From assembly GCA_937889595.1 (NCBI GenBank), contig CALAOR010000057.1:7500-71499 (forward strand): a DNA stretch of 64,000 nucleotides. Direction: 5' to 3'. The stretch comes from an uncultured bacterium (GTDB taxonomy: Bacteria > Oederibacteriota > PGYV01 > Palsa-1178). The notes under the pieces were generated by a model that searched no databases, had not been told where the DNA came from, and saw only the letters and a program-made list of their open reading frames with translations. Both the position numbers and the translations under genes were made by a program. Below are positions 26,710-37,203 of this stretch, piece after piece. Each line of letters opens with the position of its first letter. The stretch's first letter is position 1.

Positions 26710-26988
26710 CTATTTATAGTAACAAATATAGGCTGCTTCTCCTGATGTTTCAACATCAAACGACTCGTTTGGCGGCACTGTGAACCTGCCGTCCTGGTTA
26801 AATATTTCCCAATCTTTGCCTGGAAGTTTTGCCTTTAACGTGCCGGCTGTTACAACCATAGTCTCTTCCTTTGATGTTGAAAAAACATATTTACCGCTTT
26901 CCATGACCCCGACTGTGGCGTAGCCGTCCGGGGTATTAATACCGAGGCTCTGGACCTTTCCGCCAAAATAGACCGAATGCTTCATCAT
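26710..26988 (-). CDS. ppnP: Pyrimidine/purine nucleoside phosphorylase (DUF1255)
   Basis: YFGGKVQS..ATVGVM..GKYVFST..EETMVV..F.VP..F cupin pattern; C-terminal YIC.Y. Confidence 0.85.
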   Translation of the reverse strand: MMKHSVYFGGKVQSLGINTPDGYATVGVMESGKYVFSTSKEETMVVTAGTLKAKLPGKDWEIFNQDGRFTVPPNESFDVETSGEAAYICYYK

Positions 26989-27019
26989 AAATCTCCTTAT
27001 TAATTGGATTCCCGTGAAA

Positions 27020-28819
27020 CTATACCGTAAACTTATCCGTGGCTTCTTTCATGTTTTTCGCAGTATTGGAGAGTTCCTCGGCCGAAGCCGTAAGTTCCTC
27101 CATTGACGAAGCCTGTTCTTCGGATGAAGCAGCCGCTTCCTCTGATGAAGCCGCTATCTCCTGGCTGGTGGCCGCAATACCCTCAACCTGTGCTGTTGTC
27201 TCATCTATGGACTTTACTATCCTTATAAATTCTTCATTTGCCTGTGCGGTTAATGCGGAACTTTCTGTTATTTCTTCCGCTTCTTCAGACGATATCTTTA
27301 CTGCCTCGGTTATGTCGTCCCTGACTTCCTTTATCCTAATGCTTATTTTTTTTACCTGTTCCGTGCTTAAGTCTGAAAGTTTTTTTATCTCCTCGGCCAC
27401 AACCGCAAACCCCATGCCGCTCTGTCCGGCCCTTGCCGCCTCGATTGCGGCATTTAAGGACAGAAGTTTTGTCTCATCAGCTATGCCTTTAATGATCTCA
27501 ACCATGCTTTTGATTTCATCAGAATGGCTCTCTAGCTTGCGCATTTTTGCGGTTGAAAATCCGAGATTCATCTGCAGTTTCTGCATTTTTTCAAGCAGGT
27601 CTGTCATGGATTTCTGGCCAAGCCTGGCCGCGTCATAAGCAGAGTGGCTTGACTTTGAAGCCGCCTGCGAATTACCCGCCGACTCCCCGGTCGCCTTGGA
27701 TATATTTGTAACCGTCTCGGACAACTGTACGATGGTTTCCCTGCTTTGCGCCGCAATCAAAGTCAGGCTCTGCGCTGATGAGGCAACAGCTTCAGAACTG
27801 TTTTTAACGCCTGAAACAAGTTTTCTCAGGCCGTCAAGCATATCTTCTATGGATTTTCCCAGAAGGTCGCGTTCTGATTTTGCGGCGTAGTGGAAAGATA
27901 TATCCCCTTTGGCCACCTTTTCAAGCGTTCCATATATAAGCTGTATATAATTAACCAGGTTCCTGAAAACAACGCCAATTTCATCCTTATTTGACTTAAG
28001 AACAAAATCTTTTGGGACTCCCCCTTCGGATATTTCAGAAGATGTCTCTATAATGCCTGACAGATAATCCGTCATGTCGTTAAAACTCCTGCTTAAAACG
28101 CCTATTTCATCCTCAGCATTGTGTTCCTTTATTTTTTCGCCCATTTTACCGCTGGCTATAAGTGATGCCGCAACCGACATCTTTTTAACCGGGATTATTA
28201 TGCTCATGTACATAAAGATAAGAAGTATGCCCGCCACTACGAGGGCTCCCATGGAGCTGATAAGCAGGGCCGTTTTCTTTGCCTTTGCTATTTCCGTGTT
28301 AAGCGTGGACTCATCATAACCTAAAATGACTTCCGCAAGGTTCTTCTTCATGTATTTGATGGGAACGCTTATTTCCCTGCCTTTTATGCCGTCAATTGTA
28401 ACCTCGGAGATTATATAGCCGCGGATGTTTTCCCCGGTTTTTTTTGCGTTTGGGAGTTTGAAATTATTATTTCCTGAAGCACTGACTTTGACAACTGTTT
28501 TATTCTGTATTTTTAAGGCCGCATATAATATGTTCCCGCTCGTAGCGGCCGCTTCAAGCACATTGGTAACCATTTCATTTGACGGTTCATATTGATTCTT
28601 CCTGGTCGGCGTGAAATCAATCACCTGCGTTACATATTTTTCGCACATCAAAGCCGACGTTTCGCCAAGCGCGGCTATCTTTTCCACAAAATTTTTTTTA
28701 ATTAATTTCTCAAAACTCCCGGATATCAAAAAAAATGAGGTTAAACTTAAAGCCGTAACTCCCAGCAGGACTATAAGCGCTACTTTGTCCCCTATTGTCA
28801 GGGTTATTTTACTTTTCAA
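27020..28819 (-). CDS. Methyl-accepting chemotaxis protein with periplasmic sensor and HAMP domains
   Basis: TM-sensor-TM, [29 protein letters not shown] signalling hairpin. Confidence 0.93.
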   Translation of the reverse strand: MKSKITLTIGDKVALIVLLGVTALSLTSFFLISGSFEKLIKKNFVEKIAALGETSALMCEKYVTQVIDFTPTRKNQYEPSNEMVTNVLEAAATSGNILYAALKIQNKTVVKVSASGNNNFKLPNAKKTGENIRGYIISEVTIDGIKGREISVPIKYMKKNLAEVILGYDESTLNTEIAKAKKTALLISSMGALVVAGILLIFMYMSIIIPVKKMSVAASLIASGKMGEKIKEHNAEDEIGVLSRSFNDMTDYLSGIIETSSEISEGGVPKDFVLKSNKDEIGVVFRNLVNYIQLIYGTLEKVAKGDISFHYAAKSERDLLGKSIEDMLDGLRKLVSGVKNSSEAVASSAQSLTLIAAQSRETIVQLSETVTNISKATGESAGNSQAASKSSHSAYDAARLGQKSMTDLLEKMQKLQMNLGFSTAKMRKLESHSDEIKSMVEIIKGIADETKLLSLNAAIEAARAGQSGMGFAVVAEEIKKLSDLSTEQVKKISIRIKEVRDDITEAVKISSEEAEEITESSALTAQANEEFIRIVKSIDETTAQVEGIAATSQEIAASSEEAAASSEEQASSMEELTASAEELSNTAKNMKEATDKFTV

Positions 28820-28850
28820 AAGTGCCTCCTCAATATTATACTTGTTTTAG

Positions 28851-28878
28851 ATTATACCATTGATAAGGGTTTTTTCAA
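28851..28878 (-). promoter_or_regulatory. Putative sigma70 promoter of the orphan MCP
   Basis: TTGAAA-N16-TATAAT with an extended -10 TG. Confidence 0.5.
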
Positions 28879-28891
28879 GTTCAATATAACC

Positions 28892-29109
28892 CCCGGAAAA
28901 CGCGGCAGACTTGATACAAAACCACTACGATCCAACGAAATACTCTACTTATTCTTCTCCACGTAACGCCCAACGGATGAGTCCTGCAAACCCTTGTGAT
29001 ACACGAATAAAGTAGCGTATTTTATCTGGAAATCCATAATGCGCGCATAAGTTACACGCCTTTGTTATTCGTGTAACTTATGCAAACCATATTCCAATGC
29101 GATTTCCAG
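28892..29109. repeat. Dispersed structured repeat family B, copy 1
   Basis: Aligns along its length with 43949-44231; contains hairpin GCATAAGTTACACG..CGTGTAACTTATGC nested in CTGGAAATC..GATTTCCAG. Confidence 0.85.
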
Positions 29110-29117
29110 ATAACCAA

Positions 29118-29202
29118 CGGAAAACCCTATGAAACCATGAAATCCTTTATCGTGTCCGGTGCGGATGAAATTTTTCTATGGCCTGTGCGCCACTAAAACC
29201 CT
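29118..29202. mobile_element. MITE-like family A, truncated copy overlapping the dinB stop
   Basis: CGGAAAACCCTATGAAACCATGAAAT..TCGTGTCCGGTGCGGATGAAATTTTTCTATGGCCTGTGCGCCACTAAAACCCT. Confidence 0.8.
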
Positions 29203-30263
29203 AGTTTCATCTGACCTGATGTTCCCTTTAATTCTTCGAAACCATGCATGGAAACCCCGAGCAGCCGTATCTTTTTCTTCCCCGCGTCTGTCTTGGCAAG
29301 AAGTTCCTGTATGAATTTGTTGATTGTCGCTCCTGCCTGTACCTGAGAGTCTATGGTGATACTACGGGTTATTTGTTTAAAATCATGGTATTTTACCTTT
29401 AAGGTTATAGTCCTGCCTTTTTTATCCTCGTTTTTCAGGTCTCTTTCCACATCAAAACAAAGTTCCTCCAGTATTTCCCTTATTTGCGTCATATCCGTAA
29501 TATCCTGTGAAAGGGTTGTTTCCCTGCCGATTGATTTTCTTATCCAGTTTGGCTCCACGGCTGAATCATCAATACCCCGGGCTAAATAATAGAACCACGC
29601 CCCGGACTTTCCGAAATAATTTTCAAGTTCTTTCAGGGTCTTTTTCCGCAGGTCAGCCCCTGTCCTGATGTTTAATTCATGCATGTGTTTTTCGGTCACC
29701 TTTCCTACCCCGTGAAAGGAACCTATCGGCAGTTTGGCTATGAAATCAAGGGCCTTATCCGGTGTAACTACGGTCAACCCGTCCGGCTTTTTGAAGCCCG
29801 AAGCGATCTTTGCCAGAAATTTGCAGTATGAAACCCCTGCTGACGCGGTTAAACGGGTTTGCGCGTAAATTTTTTCCTTGATTTCCTTCGCTATTGCCGT
29901 GGCTGATCTTATTTCCATAAAATTATCGGTGACATCCATGTAAGCCTCATCCAAAGACAGCGGTTCAACAAGGTTGGTGTATTCGTGGAATATTTTATTT
30001 ATTATGGAAGAGGCTTCCTCATATTTTTTAAAATTTGGATGCACCAGTAAGACAGAGGGACATAATACAACGGCTTTTGCAGTAGACATGGCTGAGTGTA
30101 TTCCGAATTTTCTTGCTTCATAAGAACACGCGGCCACTACCCCGCGTTCCTGCGGCGTACCACCCACTATCACGGGCTTTCCCCTAAGCCCGGGATCGTC
30201 GCGCTGCTCAACCGATGCGTAAAACGCGTCCATATCCATGTGTATTATTTTTTTTATGCCCAT
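29193..30263 (-). CDS. dinB: DNA polymerase IV
   Basis: IHMDMDAFYASVEQRD, SYEARKFG, SLDEAYMD, KFLAKIAS..KPDG. Confidence 0.97.
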   Translation of the reverse strand: MGIKKIIHMDMDAFYASVEQRDDPGLRGKPVIVGGTPQERGVVAACSYEARKFGIHSAMSTAKAVVLCPSVLLVHPNFKKYEEASSIINKIFHEYTNLVEPLSLDEAYMDVTDNFMEIRSATAIAKEIKEKIYAQTRLTASAGVSYCKFLAKIASGFKKPDGLTVVTPDKALDFIAKLPIGSFHGVGKVTEKHMHELNIRTGADLRKKTLKELENYFGKSGAWFYYLARGIDDSAVEPNWIRKSIGRETTLSQDITDMTQIREILEELCFDVERDLKNEDKKGRTITLKVKYHDFKQITRSITIDSQVQAGATINKFIQELLAKTDAGKKKIRLLGVSMHGFEELKGTSGQMKLGF

Positions 30264-30270
30264 ATGCCCG

Positions 30271-30837
30271 TCAGAACCATTTGCCGCCTGTTTTTACCGG
30301 CTTATAGTTTTTTATATACCTTATCGCGGATTTTTCATCCCTGGCAATATAAAACATTTTATAAAATTCCTTTTTCATAAATTTTTCCTTTACCATAAGC
30401 CTGAACACCGACATAAGTTTATTATAAAACCCGCCTGTATTAAGGAACACAAGGGGCTTTTCATGATAGTGAAGCTGCCTTAAAGTAAGTATTTCCATGG
30501 CTTCTTCAAGCGTCCCGATCCCCCCGGGCATGAAAATAAAAGCATCGGAACGTTTTTCCATCACGCTTTTTCTGTTGCGCATGTTGTCCGTAATAATAAG
30601 TTCATTCAGGCCGTTTTTTGATATCCCGTAATCATGAAGGGCCTTTGGTATGACCCCGATCACACTGCCACTTCCTTCAAGCACTGAATCCGCTATCTCC
30701 CGCATAAGTCCCCTGTTTGCCCCTCCGTAAACAAGGCTGTAGCTGTTTTTCACCATTTCTTTTCCGAGCCTGCGCGCCGCGACAAAGTACTTTTTATCAA
30801 CAGCATCGGACGAGGAACAAAAAACGCATATGTTCAT
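30271..30837 (-). CDS. LOG family nucleotide phosphoribohydrolase (TIGR00730-like)
   Basis: ICVFCSS, LVYGG, PGGIGTLEE, KP motifs. Confidence 0.92.
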   Translation of the reverse strand: MNICVFCSSSDAVDKKYFVAARRLGKEMVKNSYSLVYGGANRGLMREIADSVLEGSGSVIGVIPKALHDYGISKNGLNELIITDNMRNRKSVMEKRSDAFIFMPGGIGTLEEAMEILTLRQLHYHEKPLVFLNTGGFYNKLMSVFRLMVKEKFMKKEFYKMFYIARDEKSAIRYIKNYKPVKTGGKWF

Positions 30838-31016
30838 GACACACCTCTTCGTTTAGTTGCGTTAATTTTATCAGCTAAAACGCGCCAGTCAAGGGGTAAA
30901 AACAATCATTGTTCCTTGTTGCCTCTTAGCGCTTCTTTTTACTTACTTTTCCCATTATTTATAGTATAATTAATCCTGTTTTAAACTGCGCATTATTTTT
31001 TAACCGGGGTGTTTTA

Positions 31017-32306
31017 GTGAGAATAGGCATGCAGGTATGGGGCACTGACGGCGACATAAGGCCCATGATAGCTTTGGGCGCGGGATTAAAATCCGCGGGC
31101 CATCAGGTTACCATTATAATTGCCAGTATTGATAATAAATCATATGCAGGATTGTGCGCGAAGACCGGAATTACCATGATTAAATCGCCTCAAAACATGG
31201 ATGTAAACCTTGACGGCATAACCGGCATGAACGGAAGGCCCGCCAAATCCATTGACATAATGAATAGCCTTCTTGAACGCGCGCTGTATCCGTACCTTCC
31301 GGAACTTTTCAGCGCTTCAAAGCAATTGTGCGAACGCAATGATCTTGTAATCGGTCATTTTTCCGGTTTTTATTTAAAAGCCGCCGCAAAAATCCATAAT
31401 ATTCCCTACATAAGCGTATCCTACTGGCCGGGACTCATGCCTTCTTCCACAGAACCGCCTTTCTTCTTCCCATATTTTGGAAAAATTTTTCCAAAGATAT
31501 CCTGGGCCATTATTTTAACCGTTTTTGACATGCTGTTAAAGAAAAAAATAAACAAATTCTACTCGGATAACGGACTCCCGCCGGTTAAACACATAATGAC
31601 CGGCCCGTGGATGTCTGAAGACTTAAACCTGGCCGCATGCAGCAGGATATTTTATAATGAGCCGAAAGACTGGCAGGCCTCCGGAAAAATTAAAATAACC
31701 GGATTTTGGAATATTCCTGTCTCGGTTGAGCACTGCGATTTCACCACTGAACTCAAGGACTTCCTGGCAAGACGGGGCGAGCATCCGGTTTTTATGACTT
31801 TAGGATCTTCACTACAAATGAATCCGTTAAGGTGCATGGAAACCCTGATTGAAGCGGCGAGAATATACAAAAAAAAGGTGATTATACAGTCGGGTATTGA
31901 CAAATACAGACCCAATACGTTTTTACAGAATATATATTTTTCCGGCAGGATGCCTCACAGGGAGATACTTCCCTTTTGCCTGGCTTCTGTCCATCACTGC
32001 GGTGCCGGAACAACCCAGACGGTAACCAGGGCCGGCATTCCGTCGGTTCCCCTGTACTTCATGGATGAACAAAAATCCTGGGGTGGACAGCTTTTCAAGC
32101 TTGGAATTGCATCAAAACCTTTGAACTTCCTGAAAACAACGCCTGCGAAGATAGCTGATGCCATGAAACTGGTTGTAAATAGTTTAAAAATGAAGGACAA
32201 TGCTGGAATAGTTGCGGAAAAAATGCACGCTGAAGACGGAGTTAAGGAAGCTGTAAGCATCATAAATGATTTTATGGCAAAAAGAACTCCTGTCCCGGCG
32301 CGATAA
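31017..32306 (+). CDS. GT1-family glycosyltransferase (sterol/UDP-glucosyltransferase-like)
   Basis: GTDGDIRPMIALG, LGS, VHHCGAGTT..AGIPSV..DEQ. Confidence 0.88.
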   Translation: MRIGMQVWGTDGDIRPMIALGAGLKSAGHQVTIIIASIDNKSYAGLCAKTGITMIKSPQNMDVNLDGITGMNGRPAKSIDIMNSLLERALYPYLPELFSASKQLCERNDLVIGHFSGFYLKAAAKIHNIPYISVSYWPGLMPSSTEPPFFFPYFGKIFPKISWAIILTVFDMLLKKKINKFYSDNGLPPVKHIMTGPWMSEDLNLAACSRIFYNEPKDWQASGKIKITGFWNIPVSVEHCDFTTELKDFLARRGEHPVFMTLGSSLQMNPLRCMETLIEAARIYKKKVIIQSGIDKYRPNTFLQNIYFSGRMPHREILPFCLASVHHCGAGTTQTVTRAGIPSVPLYFMDEQKSWGGQLFKLGIASKPLNFLKTTPAKIADAMKLVVNSLKMKDNAGIVAEKMHAEDGVKEAVSIINDFMAKRTPVPAR

Positions 32307-32346
32307 AACCGCGGTTTTTATGCCGCGTATGATTAAAGGAGAGCAC

Positions 32347-33069
32347 ATGAAATACATTGACTGGATGGAAATTATTTACTGGAGCCTTTTTGCCCTGCTT
32401 GTTATAGGGGAGATCCTTGTTGCTTATGTTTATAAACTCGATAAAAAACATGTTGTCCGCGACTGGGTGGAGCCTGCTTTTGAGGCCATGATTATAGCCA
32501 CCATCCTGCGTATTTTTGTCATACAGGCTTTTGCCATACCCACCGGATCCATGGAAAACACGCTCATGGTAGGCGAGCACCCCATGGCCATAAAATTCGC
32601 ATACGGCCTTTACAATCCGCTTGACCAGAAAATGTATTTTGACTTTAACAAGCCAAAACGCGGCGATGTGGTTATTTTCCGCGACCCGACCGGCAAAACA
32701 AATTCCATGTGGATAAAACGCTGCATGGGCCTGCCGGGTGATGTCATGGAAATGAAAGACAAACAATTATATATTAACGGTAAAAAGATGGATGAACCCT
32801 ACACTGTCCACAAGGATATGAGGATTTTCCCTGCATACTTCCAGCCAAGGGATAATTTCGGCCCTCTAACCGTCCCTGTCGGAAGCCTTTTCATGATGGG
32901 TGATAACCGCGACCAGTCTTATGACAGCAGATTTTGGGGGGCGCTGCCTTCAAACAAGATCAGGGGCAAGGCGTTTCTTGTTTACTGGCCGCTGAACAAG
33001 CTGAAGATAATAAAGCATATTAAGATTGAAGTGCCTCCGCCTCCGGCAGCGGCTGTCAAAATAAAATAA
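32347..33069 (+). CDS. lepB: Signal peptidase I
   Basis: IPTGSMENTL (Ser), IKR (Lys), MGDNRDQSYDSRFWG; start at ATG 32347 behind AGGAG. Confidence 0.94.
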   Translation: MKYIDWMEIIYWSLFALLVIGEILVAYVYKLDKKHVVRDWVEPAFEAMIIATILRIFVIQAFAIPTGSMENTLMVGEHPMAIKFAYGLYNPLDQKMYFDFNKPKRGDVVIFRDPTGKTNSMWIKRCMGLPGDVMEMKDKQLYINGKKMDEPYTVHKDMRIFPAYFQPRDNFGPLTVPVGSLFMMGDNRDQSYDSRFWGALPSNKIRGKAFLVYWPLNKLKIIKHIKIEVPPPPAAAVKIK

Positions 33070-33102
33070 ATATACCGTTTATTAACTATGAAATTGCTTA
33101 TT

Positions 33103-33149
33103 GTAGCCACTCGTTGCCCGCTGGTGGCGGCATAATATGCCGCCGCTAC
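33103..33149. repeat. GTAG-REP-like hairpin between convergent genes
   Basis: GTAGCCAC..GTGGC and GGCGGCATAATATGCCGCCGCTAC (minus: GTAGCGGCGGCATATTATGCCGCC). Confidence 0.55.
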
Positions 33150-33223
33150 ATGTCATAAAACAGTAACATTCAGACATTGAAACAATATTGTTTCATGCCC
33201 CAAATCAGGCTTTTCCAACAGTG

Positions 33224-34024
33224 TCACTTTATTCTTTTTGCCCTTATTTCCTCGTGGCTTGAATAATAGACAAAACCCATTTTTTCATACGCTTTTATGG
33301 CCGGGATATTGTCGGCACGCACGTTCAAACCTATGTATTTTATGTCTTTCCATAAATCACGGCACAGGGTCGCGGCGACTGAACCGGCATAACCTTTACC
33401 CCTGTATTCAGGCGCGGTTGCCACGTTCCCTATTGCCGCTATTTTAAGTTCCTTTGAGTAAAAGTGCACTCCTGCCATGGCTATAAGGTCGGAGTTTTTC
33501 CTTATTATGAAATATTTTCCGGTTTCAATCATGGCGGACGTAAAAAAAGCCTCCGGGTTTATGCCTCTTAAGAATTCATTTATTGCCTCAAAGTCGTTTT
33601 TGTTAACCCTGTAAGTAAACTCGGGATACTTTATGGACCTTGCCAGCAGAATGTCGCCGGTTATCTTCATTTTATTGTATATGACCGGGGAGCTTGTTTC
33701 GTATACGGTATTAAGCATTGCGGCTGTGTCATGTGATACGTGCGCGTAAAAGCAGTCCGGCAGGTTGCTTATAATTCCCTGCAGCAGCCGGACGGCAGCT
33801 TCAGTATTCTTATTTTCCAGAAGAAAAAGTATGTTGTCATTATCATTTTCCGATATGTGAAGCATCGCCGCTGATTTTATAGCGCCATTTTCAGACGCGC
33901 AGAACCACTTGGAACGGCTGAAAATTTTCTCGTGCAGGTTGCCCAATTCATATAAATGCAGGTAAGGCTCTTCAAGAAGAAAATTCTTTATCTTTTCCCT
34001 GTCTGATATGGCTGTTATTTCCAT
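33224..34024 (-). CDS. GNAT family acetyltransferase
   Basis: IGNVATAPEYRGKGYA, N.PAIKAYEKMGF. Confidence 0.9.
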   Translation of the reverse strand: MEITAISDREKIKNFLLEEPYLHLYELGNLHEKIFSRSKWFCASENGAIKSAAMLHISENDNDNILFLLENKNTEAAVRLLQGIISNLPDCFYAHVSHDTAAMLNTVYETSSPVIYNKMKITGDILLARSIKYPEFTYRVNKNDFEAINEFLRGINPEAFFTSAMIETGKYFIIRKNSDLIAMAGVHFYSKELKIAAIGNVATAPEYRGKGYAGSVAATLCRDLWKDIKYIGLNVRADNIPAIKAYEKMGFVYYSSHEEIRAKRIK

Positions 34025-34079
34025 TGTATTTCCGCCCTCACTGTGTATTTTTCTTTCCACGCCGCTGGCGCCGTCTGCA

Positions 34080-34634
34080 TTATTTTAACTCCTTTTCATT
34101 AAATACCTGCGCTTCAAAAATATATACTTCGGTTCCCTCATCCTTGTAACAATCAGGCGGCAGGCCCGCCTTGCCTTCGCATAAATTCCTCATGAATTCT
34201 TCCTTGGACCAGCCTGTCTCCGAAGCTACCTGCGGCAAAAACACGCCGCTTGCATACCCGCGTTTTACTATTACGCCGTGTTTTCCGAGTTCTATTTCAT
34301 CAAGGCTTTCAACCCTTTTTTTCGGGAACAGGACTGATACTTCTATTTCCATATCTTTCAATTCTTCAGGCTTGACAGGTTCAAACCTCGGGTCGCTTGA
34401 AGATGATTCTATAGCCATTTCCACTATGGTCTGGTATAACGGCTGGTTTGATTCTATCAGTCCTATGCATCCCCTTAGTTTTCCCCTACTGTGTAATGTC
34501 ACAAAAGCCCCGGCATGCTGTTTTAAATTTTCATTTTGCGTTGTATATTTGGTTATTATTCCGTTTTCCACATAGCTTTCCATGGTACGCCTGGCTATGC
34601 CGAGTATTTCCCTCTTTTCTTCTATTGTAAGCAT
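34080..34634 (-). CDS. AMMECR1-domain protein (AmmeMemoRadiSam protein A)
   Basis: GAFVTL..LRGCIG, DPRF, EVSVL, GVFLPQVA, LCEGKAG. Confidence 0.92.
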   Translation of the reverse strand: MLTIEEKREILGIARRTMESYVENGIITKYTTQNENLKQHAGAFVTLHSRGKLRGCIGLIESNQPLYQTIVEMAIESSSSDPRFEPVKPEELKDMEIEVSVLFPKKRVESLDEIELGKHGVIVKRGYASGVFLPQVASETGWSKEEFMRNLCEGKAGLPPDCYKDEGTEVYIFEAQVFNEKELK

Positions 34635-35348
34635 TTATTCCTCCTGTTCCATTACTTCCACTTTTATGGTTTTATCCACAAGCGCCTTAAATTCCGCAGC
34701 ATTTTCTTTTTTTCCTATCTTATACCCGTAATGCATGGGCACGGCTATTTCAGGCTTGATGGCATTTATTGCCTGCGCCGCTTCTTTGGGGTCCATAGTA
34801 AACATTCCGCCTATGGGCACCAAAGCCACGGTAATGTTTTTAAGATCCTTCATTTCTTTGATGAAATCCGTATCCCCGGCGTGGTATATTCTGGCATTAT
34901 TTATTTCAATCACGTATCCTACCTTTAAGTCCTTCTTCGGGTGAAACGGTTTAAAGTTATTGTATGCAGGAACAACCTCCACTTTTATGTCACCAAGTTC
35001 AAACCTTTCACCCGGCACTACAACGCGCTTTTTTAAATCTTTCAAGGGTTTTTCGCATTCTTTAGGGCATATAATAAGCGTATCCTTTGTAGCGACCTTT
35101 TTAATGTCGTCGATTGACATATGGTCATAATGGCTGTGCGTGATAAATATATAGTCCGCGGGCTTGTCATTCTTTATCTGGAAAGGATCTATGTAAATCA
35201 CCCGGCCTGCAGATTCTATCCTGAAACTTGAATGATGGAGCCAATGAATTGACTTCATGATACCCTCCTTTTTCACGTCCCCGCTTTTCCCGTACACAAA
35301 AACCGTTGTCAGAAGCACAAGCAGGACCAAGACCGCTGTTTTCCTCAT
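34635..35348 (-). CDS. MBL-fold metallo-hydrolase
   Basis: IDP, ITHSHYDH, YHAGDT, PMHY; signal-peptide-like N-terminus. Confidence 0.9.
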   Translation of the reverse strand: MRKTAVLVLLVLLTTVFVYGKSGDVKKEGIMKSIHWLHHSSFRIESAGRVIYIDPFQIKNDKPADYIFITHSHYDHMSIDDIKKVATKDTLIICPKECEKPLKDLKKRVVVPGERFELGDIKVEVVPAYNNFKPFHPKKDLKVGYVIEINNARIYHAGDTDFIKEMKDLKNITVALVPIGGMFTMDPKEAAQAINAIKPEIAVPMHYGYKIGKKENAAEFKALVDKTIKVEVMEQEE

Positions 35349-35368
35349 TTTCCCCTCCTAAAATTCTC

Positions 35369-35396
35369 TTGACAAATTCCCTATTCAAAATATAAT
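35369..35396 (+). promoter_or_regulatory. Sigma70 promoter of the tRNA gene
   Basis: TTGACA-N16-TATAAT, 20 bp upstream of the tRNA. Confidence 0.8.
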
Positions 35397-35416
35397 TGAT
35401 ACCTGTCCATAAGCGT

Positions 35417-35493
35417 GGGCCCATAGCTCAGTCGGTTAGAGCAGCAGACTCATAATCTGTTGGCCGAAGGTTCAAGTCCTTCTGGGCCCACCA
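35417..35493 (+). tRNA. tRNA-Ile2 (CAU anticodon, lysidine type); elongator Met not fully excluded
   Basis: GGGCCCA acceptor stem pairs with TGGGCCC, discriminator A, encoded CCA; loop CTCATAA; GGTTCAAGTCC T-arm. Confidence 0.9.
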
Positions 35494-35526
35494 AATTTCC
35501 TAGGGGTTATTCCAAAAATATGGAAA

Positions 35527-37131
35527 TTATTTTTCCTTTACCACACCCGACACCAGCGCCACGTGATACGCGGATAAAGGCGGTAAATCAACTGTAAATA
35601 CATTATTTTTTATGCCGTCAAGTTCCTGCCTTAATGTTATCCTGGCCTCGCTTGATTTGTCAAATCCGTAAACTTTTCCCGTCTTATAAACCCGCGTTGA
35701 TTTTATAACCACCCGCGCAGTGGTTGTATTGCTTAAGTCCTTGTTAATTAATATTACATGCAATTTGGTTTCGTCCGTGCCTTCAATCGAGGCGTAAGTT
35801 GTGAGTTTTTCCACGTCGGAAGTGACTGCTTTCACGTTTGTGTCGCCGTACATCCCGTTATTGCCGTCATAATTCCTGTACAACCTGAAACCCGCGAGGG
35901 TATAGGCCCCGAGTTCAACCATCCAGTAATTCGCCATGTATACCCCGTACTTGCCGAATATACCCAGCACATCCGCCTCTGCTATGCCGCCTGAAGGGTG
36001 ATAACCGGCTCCGTATTCATACTCTGTAAACGCGAGTTTAGTGCCGGGGTTGTATTTATTTATCATTTCTTTTAAATGCGGGATCAGGCGTATGGGGCAG
36101 TTTCCAGAGGAGCATATCCAGCTTGTTTCCGTATAATCCGGGTCCCACAGCGACCTTGGCGCCTGCACCCGTGCCTCTGCTGTTTCATCCGCCGCGCCCG
36201 CAGCCTGCGTAAAAACTATTCTTTTCCCGTTTGCGGACGCTTCAGGGTACCAGTGCACGTCAAGCGCGTCCAAAAGACGCATTCCCTTTTCTTTCGATGC
36301 TTCATTCATCTTCGCAAGATAATAAGCCAGGTACCATCCGTATACATAGTACTGTTTTACATAATCAGGCGCGTCCTGAAATGTCCTGAACCCGTTAAAA
36401 CCGTATGACGCGGGCCCGTAGATTTCAGCGTACGGGTCCAGCTTTTTAACAGCTCTTGCCGCGTCTATGGAAAGTTTTATATACTCATCGGCTCCAACCT
36501 TGTTCGGATGAATTCTCGGATGCGTCGACGCCCATATGTCGGGTTCATTATCAAGCGAGTATCCTTTTACTCCGGTTAAAGTGTTTGCTTTTCCGTATTT
36601 GTTCACCAAAAAATTCACTTCTTCGTCAACATACACATAACCGTCGTTTTTATCAGGTTCCAGCGACAATTCTTTTCCTTTTATGAACTCAACTTTTGCC
36701 CACCTGTCTGACGGCGCCTTTTCTTTGACATCAACAGGGCCGTTTTTGTCTTTTGCGACATATCCGGCAAGCGGCAGGGTAATTATGGAATACACGTTTA
36801 AGGTGACTGACTTATCAAGAAAGGCCGTCAGCACCGCGCCGGTTTGGTTTGGGTCTCCTGTTACATTTGCCCAGTCAACCAGGTAATTATCCGATGAATG
36901 CTGCCAGTCATTTCCGGCGTTTGACGCATTGTTTTCCCAATTGTATCCGGTCATCCTGTTGCCGCCCAAACGCCTGGCCGTGTAGTTGGTGTCGCGCGCT
37001 ATATCCTGATTCACGCCGTAAATATAGCGGGATATCGGCGAGCGGTCTTTAGATGTGTCGATCCTGACGTCAACAGCATAAAGCAATGACGCGGTTAAAA
37101 GAATAATGATTACCTGCAGTATGTTTTTCAT
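35527..37131 (-). CDS. Secreted glycoside hydrolase family 44 (endoglucanase/xyloglucanase)
   Basis: RLGGNRMTGYNWENNASNAGNDW, LDNEP (acid/base), LDVHWYP, AFTEY (nucleophile). Confidence 0.92.
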   Translation of the reverse strand: MKNILQVIIILLTASLLYAVDVRIDTSKDRSPISRYIYGVNQDIARDTNYTARRLGGNRMTGYNWENNASNAGNDWQHSSDNYLVDWANVTGDPNQTGAVLTAFLDKSVTLNVYSIITLPLAGYVAKDKNGPVDVKEKAPSDRWAKVEFIKGKELSLEPDKNDGYVYVDEEVNFLVNKYGKANTLTGVKGYSLDNEPDIWASTHPRIHPNKVGADEYIKLSIDAARAVKKLDPYAEIYGPASYGFNGFRTFQDAPDYVKQYYVYGWYLAYYLAKMNEASKEKGMRLLDALDVHWYPEASANGKRIVFTQAAGAADETAEARVQAPRSLWDPDYTETSWICSSGNCPIRLIPHLKEMINKYNPGTKLAFTEYEYGAGYHPSGGIAEADVLGIFGKYGVYMANYWMVELGAYTLAGFRLYRNYDGNNGMYGDTNVKAVTSDVEKLTTYASIEGTDETKLHVILINKDLSNTTTARVVIKSTRVYKTGKVYGFDKSSEARITLRQELDGIKNNVFTVDLPPLSAYHVALVSGVVKEK

Positions 37132-37203
37132 GGTTCACCTCTTTTTTATTTTATTTACGCCCGTTGGGGCTTAGCCTGCGCGCCCGCCCGCTGTGGGTAT
37201 TTG

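Noticed and set aside
28892-29109. Family B as a c-di-GMP riboswitch for the MCP gene
   Set aside because: No recognisable GEMM motif, and the predicted promoters (28851-28878, 43856-43884) lie between the repeat and the downstream genes.
20358-34680. Scattered TTATCCACA DnaA-box matches
   Set aside because: Isolated, inside coding sequences, and not clustered as an origin would be.
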